Of a stretch of 64,000 nucleotides of DNA, positions 60,321 through 64,000 are shown piece after piece. The notes under the pieces are model-generated. The model saw only the letters and a list, made by a program, of their open reading frames with translations. It made no database searches and had not been told where the DNA came from. Each line of letters begins with the position of its first letter. Positions within the stretch are counted from its first letter, which is position 1. The position numbers were made by a program, and so were the translations under genes. The DNA is taken from the sequence record SRR20825019_488; one strand, given 5' to 3'.

Positions 60321-60670
60321 GCGAATTCGTCGATAACCTCAATGATGTATTTTGCCAGTTCGGCCCGGTTTCCGTTCGGCGTATGTTCGGTGGCTATGGT
60401 GTGTACCACGATGGCGTGATGTTTGGCCTTGTTGCGGATGATGTTCTGTATCTGAAGGTCGATGGGGAATCGATGGGGCGGTTTACAGAGCTGGATTTGG
60501 AGCCGTTCGAATACGAGAAAAATGGCGCTAAGATTAAGATGTCTTACTACATGGCACCGGAGAGCATTTTCGAGGATTCTGAAGAGGCAAAAGAATGGGC
60601 AGAGCTGGCATTCAATGCGGCGCTCCGGGCCAGGAAACCAGCAGCAAGAACCAAGGCAAACAAGAAATGA
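60317..60670 (+). CDS. TfoX/Sxy N-terminal domain protein
   Basis: RRMFGGYGVY, MFGLV, LYLKVD, MSYY; ATGA overlap with the GrpB gene. Confidence 0.9.
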   Translation: MSEFVDNLNDVFCQFGPVSVRRMFGGYGVYHDGVMFGLVADDVLYLKVDGESMGRFTELDLEPFEYEKNGAKIKMSYYMAPESIFEDSEEAKEWAELAFNAALRARKPAARTKANKK

Positions 60671-60750
60671 CCGCCTACGTAATCGTCCATGGACTTACCC
60701 CGGTACAGTAGGCGCTCCTAGCCTTTGATCGGAGCATAAGAGGAATTTTC

Positions 60751-61491
60751 ATGAGAGTAGGCTTGCTGATCATCGTCGCATTCTGGTGCCTTCCAGTTTC
60801 TTCCCAAACGCTCGAAATTATGGGGTCGGACGAGGGTTTTCTGCCGTTTTATTACGGTGACAACCTTAACAAGGGCATTCTGGTTGAGGTGATCAATGAG
60901 TTCAGCCTGGAGGCCGGTATTACAGCCGGTTTTCGCCCGATGCCGCGCAAGCGCCAGGCCTGGGCCCTGGAAAAAGGACAAGCCAACGCGGTTTTTGCCA
61001 ACCCGTTGTGGATGCCGCTACCAAGCCGGATGCACGCCGTCGGACCGGTGTTAACCTGGCGAGATCGTCTGTTCGCACAACCTGGCCGACAACCGGCCTC
61101 CTTCGATGATCTTGATGGCAGCATCTGTCTGCGAAAATGGTTTGTCTACAGTGATCAACTTGAGCGGCGGATTGGTACCAACCTGGCCCGCCATGACTCT
61201 TATAATGCCCAACAGATGCTGGGCATGTTTCTGAACAAACGCTGCGATTACGCCGTCATGAACGAAATGGAGTTCCGGTTTCTGGCAAAGTTGGTGGAAG
61301 TCGATCCGAATTTTTACAGCACGGAACTGATCGACGCCGAATGGCCGGTCTATCTTGGTATCCTCAAAACCGAGGCGGCTCTGATTGAAGCGGCGGAAGC
61401 TTTTTTCGCTACCCGCACGGTTGATGCGGAAGCCATGCTACCCAAACTGCCGCCGCCGGACCGGCACATCTCGATTCAGCCGGACAAGTAA
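60751..61491 (+). CDS. Orphan periplasmic substrate-binding protein (family 3-like)
   Basis: Signal peptide, PFY..GILVEVI, PRKR, RCDYAV. Confidence 0.8.
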   Translation: MRVGLLIIVAFWCLPVSSQTLEIMGSDEGFLPFYYGDNLNKGILVEVINEFSLEAGITAGFRPMPRKRQAWALEKGQANAVFANPLWMPLPSRMHAVGPVLTWRDRLFAQPGRQPASFDDLDGSICLRKWFVYSDQLERRIGTNLARHDSYNAQQMLGMFLNKRCDYAVMNEMEFRFLAKLVEVDPNFYSTELIDAEWPVYLGILKTEAALIEAAEAFFATRTVDAEAMLPKLPPPDRHISIQPDK

Positions 61492-61505
61492 GGCAACTGA
61501 TTACT

Positions 61506-62609
61506 ATGACCGCTACCCTCACCATGGATCATTTGCGCCGCTACGCCATCTCGCGCAGTCTCTTCAAGCCGACCACTTTGGCACGTGCGATCAATAAACT
61601 GGGTTTTGTCCAGCTCGACCCAATACGAGCGCCGGCACGGGCGCAGGATTTGACGCTCCGCCATCGTGTTATCGACTACCAGGCGGGTGACCTGGAGGCT
61701 CGCTACCCGCGCCTGGCGGTCGAGGAAGATTTCTTTATCAACTACGGGGTTCTGCCCCGCACCACGCAGCGCCTTATGCACCCGCGCACGGCGCGCACCG
61801 AGTGGCCACGCTCACGCTGGGAACAGGCGCAGGCGGTGCAGGAATTTGTGCAAAGCCGTGGTGTCGTTCACCCGCGCGAGGTGGACTCAGCCTTCGAGCA
61901 TGGCACCACCAAGAATTGGTTCGGCGGTAATAGCCGTGCCAGTACGCAGCTCCTGGACGGCATGCATTATCGTGGGCTGCTGCGTGTGGCGAAGCGCGAA
62001 GGCGGGGTACGCCTGTATGCGCCGCCGCTCGCTGATGAGCTCGACGCGGTGAACCCGGATACCACTCTGGACGCATTGGTCGACGTCGCAGTCGCAAAGT
62101 ATGCCCCGCTGCCTGCGGCTACGCTCAGCCGCCTGGTAACGAGCGTGAGTTCTTCAGCGGTCCCGCAGTGGCGCGAGCGTCGTCGTGAAGCACTCGCGCG
62201 TGCAAAGGCTCGCCTGCCCCAGGCGACAGTTGATGGCTGTCGCTGGTTTTGGCCCATCGGCGAGAATCCTGGCAGTCGCCGCTTTGCGAGTGACAATGTG
62301 CTGGATGACCGCCTGCGCCTACTGGCGCCCTTCGATCCTTTAGTTTGGGACCGCGATCGCTTTGAGCGTTTCTGGGGCTGGGCCTACCGTTTTGAGGCCT
62401 ACACTCCGGCACCAAAGCGGGTGCGTGGTTACTATGCACTACCTATGCTGTGGCGCGGTCATGTCATAGGCTGGGCTAATGCCGCCGTACGTAATGGGCA
62501 ACTGGAGCTAGAGCCAGGGTACGTGCGCGGACATGCCCCAGACGACACCGCGTTCAAGCCAGCGTTGCAGGACGAGCGGGTACGCCTCGAGCGCTTTCTT
62601 TCGCTGTGA
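61506..62609 (+). CDS. YcaQ/AlkZ-family (HTH_42) DNA glycosylase
   Basis: VQLDPI (QxD), LAPFDPLVWDRDR, YRFEAYTPAPKR.RGYYALP. Confidence 0.88.
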   Translation: MTATLTMDHLRRYAISRSLFKPTTLARAINKLGFVQLDPIRAPARAQDLTLRHRVIDYQAGDLEARYPRLAVEEDFFINYGVLPRTTQRLMHPRTARTEWPRSRWEQAQAVQEFVQSRGVVHPREVDSAFEHGTTKNWFGGNSRASTQLLDGMHYRGLLRVAKREGGVRLYAPPLADELDAVNPDTTLDALVDVAVAKYAPLPAATLSRLVTSVSSSAVPQWRERRREALARAKARLPQATVDGCRWFWPIGENPGSRRFASDNVLDDRLRLLAPFDPLVWDRDRFERFWGWAYRFEAYTPAPKRVRGYYALPMLWRGHVIGWANAAVRNGQLELEPGYVRGHAPDDTAFKPALQDERVRLERFLSL

Positions 62610-62679
62610 GGCTCGGTGTGCGTGCGTAAAATGAGAGCAGTGTACTTGAAGTGACACCCTCCACCAGGGAGAAGCCCGG

Positions 62680-63222
62680 ATGGGTCTGAAAGAACATTTC
62701 CAATTATTGGCCGCTTACAATCAGTGGATGAACGCAAAGGTCTACGAAGCGGCCGGTCGCCTCTCCGCCTCGGAGTTAGCCAAGGACCGTGGGGCCTTCT
62801 TCGGCTCCATTCTGGGAACGCTCAATCACATCGTTGTGGCGGACACCGTGTGGCTCAAACGGTTTGTGACCCATCCATCCTGCGTGGACACGTTTCAGAC
62901 GGTCGCTGAGCTCGACAATCCTGCCAGCCTGGATCAGATCCTCTTTGACGATCTCGGGCGTTTAAAAGAACACCGGATCTGGCTGGATCGCCAGATTATC
63001 GACTGGATATCCCATCCCTCCGAAGGCGACCTGGATGTTGTTCTCAGTTATCACAACATGAAAGGTGTTTCCGCCAACAAGCGGTATTCGAGCCTGGTTC
63101 TCCATTTCTTTAACCATCAAACCCACCACCGCGGGCAAGTTTCAACGTTGCTGTCGCAGGCAGGCGTGGATGTTGGCGTTACCGACCTGTTGGAACGGAT
63201 TCCGGATGAAACGCAGGTATAA
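62680..63222 (+). CDS. DinB-family protein
   Basis: YNQWMN, FFGSILGTLNHI, HFFNHQTHHRGQ. Confidence 0.92.
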   Translation: MGLKEHFQLLAAYNQWMNAKVYEAAGRLSASELAKDRGAFFGSILGTLNHIVVADTVWLKRFVTHPSCVDTFQTVAELDNPASLDQILFDDLGRLKEHRIWLDRQIIDWISHPSEGDLDVVLSYHNMKGVSANKRYSSLVLHFFNHQTHHRGQVSTLLSQAGVDVGVTDLLERIPDETQV

Positions 63223-63300
63223 CACGACAAACAACCTCATCCGGTCCTTTTTACCTACGGGTTGGGAGGTAACGATGAACTCTGGTAGCAGGTCTTTTGA

Positions 63301-63753
63301 ATGAATATGGATATCTCGATCCAGCAAGGAACAGCTGAACACCTCTCGGGCATACACCACCTTGTTCTGGAATGGGGGTATTCCTCCAACGAATCTCAGA
63401 CTGGGGCATGGCTAGAGGCGTTGTTGGAATCCCCGAGCCATCAGATATGGGTGGCTATTTCAGATGCCGCAGTGGTTGGGTGGGCGGTCGCCGAGAGGCG
63501 TATTTCTATCCGTGAGCTGTTTACCTCTGAGATCACTGGGCTGGTCGTGAGCGCCAATGTTCGACGGGCGGGTGTTGGGCGCTTGCTCGTTCAGGCTGTT
63601 GAAGACTGGTCCCGCGCCAAAGGGCTCTCACGGGTTGTGGTACGATCCAATGTGAGTCGTTCGGAGTCCCATGGGTTTTACCCGTCTATCGGTTTCGAGC
63701 ATGCAAAGACGACTCATGTTTATGTGAAAGATCTGGATGGGTCCACGCTATGA
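63301..63753 (+). CDS. GNAT-family N-acetyltransferase
   Basis: LVVSANVRRAGVGRLL acetyl-CoA motif, HGFYPSIGF. Confidence 0.9.
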   Translation: MNMDISIQQGTAEHLSGIHHLVLEWGYSSNESQTGAWLEALLESPSHQIWVAISDAAVVGWAVAERRISIRELFTSEITGLVVSANVRRAGVGRLLVQAVEDWSRAKGLSRVVVRSNVSRSESHGFYPSIGFEHAKTTHVYVKDLDGSTL

Positions 63754-64000
63754 AGTGCATTTTCACCATACTTTTGGTCATAGGCCTTATTGGTTGTGCT
63801 TCGCAGCAATCAGCCGTCGACCTGAAGAACTCGGATTCTGCCATCATTGGTGAAAAGCCTGAAGGTTATCCAAAAACCTTTATCAAGCGCCTGCCTGATT
63901 TGCCCGGCTTTTGTATTGAAGTGACAGAAGACTGGAGAAAACATCCGTATCAGGGTGAGACGATCTGGCTGAAGGAAAAGACGATAAAGAGCCTGAACTG
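63750..64000 (+). CDS. Putative lipoprotein, partial (cut by window end; not in the ORF track)
   Basis: ATGA overlap with the GNAT stop; MKCIFTILLVIGLIGCASQQ... with LIGC lipobox; open to the end. Confidence 0.72.
   Translation, partial: MKCIFTILLVIGLIGCASQQSAVDLKNSDSAIIGEKPEGYPKTFIKRLPDLPGFCIEVTEDWRKHPYQGETIWLKEKTIKSLN

Larger units (their letters stand above)
55575..64000 (+). mobile_element. Integron-type gene cassette array lacking an adjacent integrase (CALIN-like); runs off the window end
   Basis: Unidirectional AT-richer ORFs separated by attC hairpins; 5' GTT cores are complementary to the 3' inverse cores of the same cassette. Confidence 0.9.

Noticed and set aside
62640-62660. Small hairpin GTGTACTT-G-AAGTGACAC between ycaQ and dinB as an attC
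   Set aside because: It is too short and lacks AAC/GTT cores; at most it is an unassignable relic.

Overview
The window looks like a gammaproteobacterial chromosome; gene order and proteins are Marinobacter-like, which is an inference. Bases 1-55.4 kb are mostly conserved backbone. In order: the 3' end of tRNA-Glu, a PAS-GGDEF-EAL sensor, the der-bamB-yfgM-hisS-ispG-rodZ-pilW-rlmN-ndk block, a reduced iscR-iscS locus with cysE and trmJ, a suhB homologue lacking its catalytic residues, secF-secD-yajC-tgt-queA, tRNA-Leu(CAA), flgB-L, a CyaB-like adenylate cyclase, queF, ABC transporters, a degenerate HD-GYP protein near a PilZ protein, Fe(III) uptake genes and a split class II ribonucleotide reductase (nrdJa/nrdJb) behind several NrdR boxes. 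From about 55.58 kb to the end lies an integron-type gene-cassette array with no integrase gene at its head. It has five clear cassettes bounded by GTT core / AAC inverse-core pairs and attC sites, followed by cassette-like genes whose attC sites have eroded. The most notable items are a two-gene cassette (orphan ParA-type ATPase plus a small protein with a Rho-N-like helix-extension-helix), a HEPN-like cassette, a 168-bp MITE inserted exactly at an attC GTT core, and a REP-like 14-mer at damaged cassette junctions. All calls were made by eye and none are database-verified.
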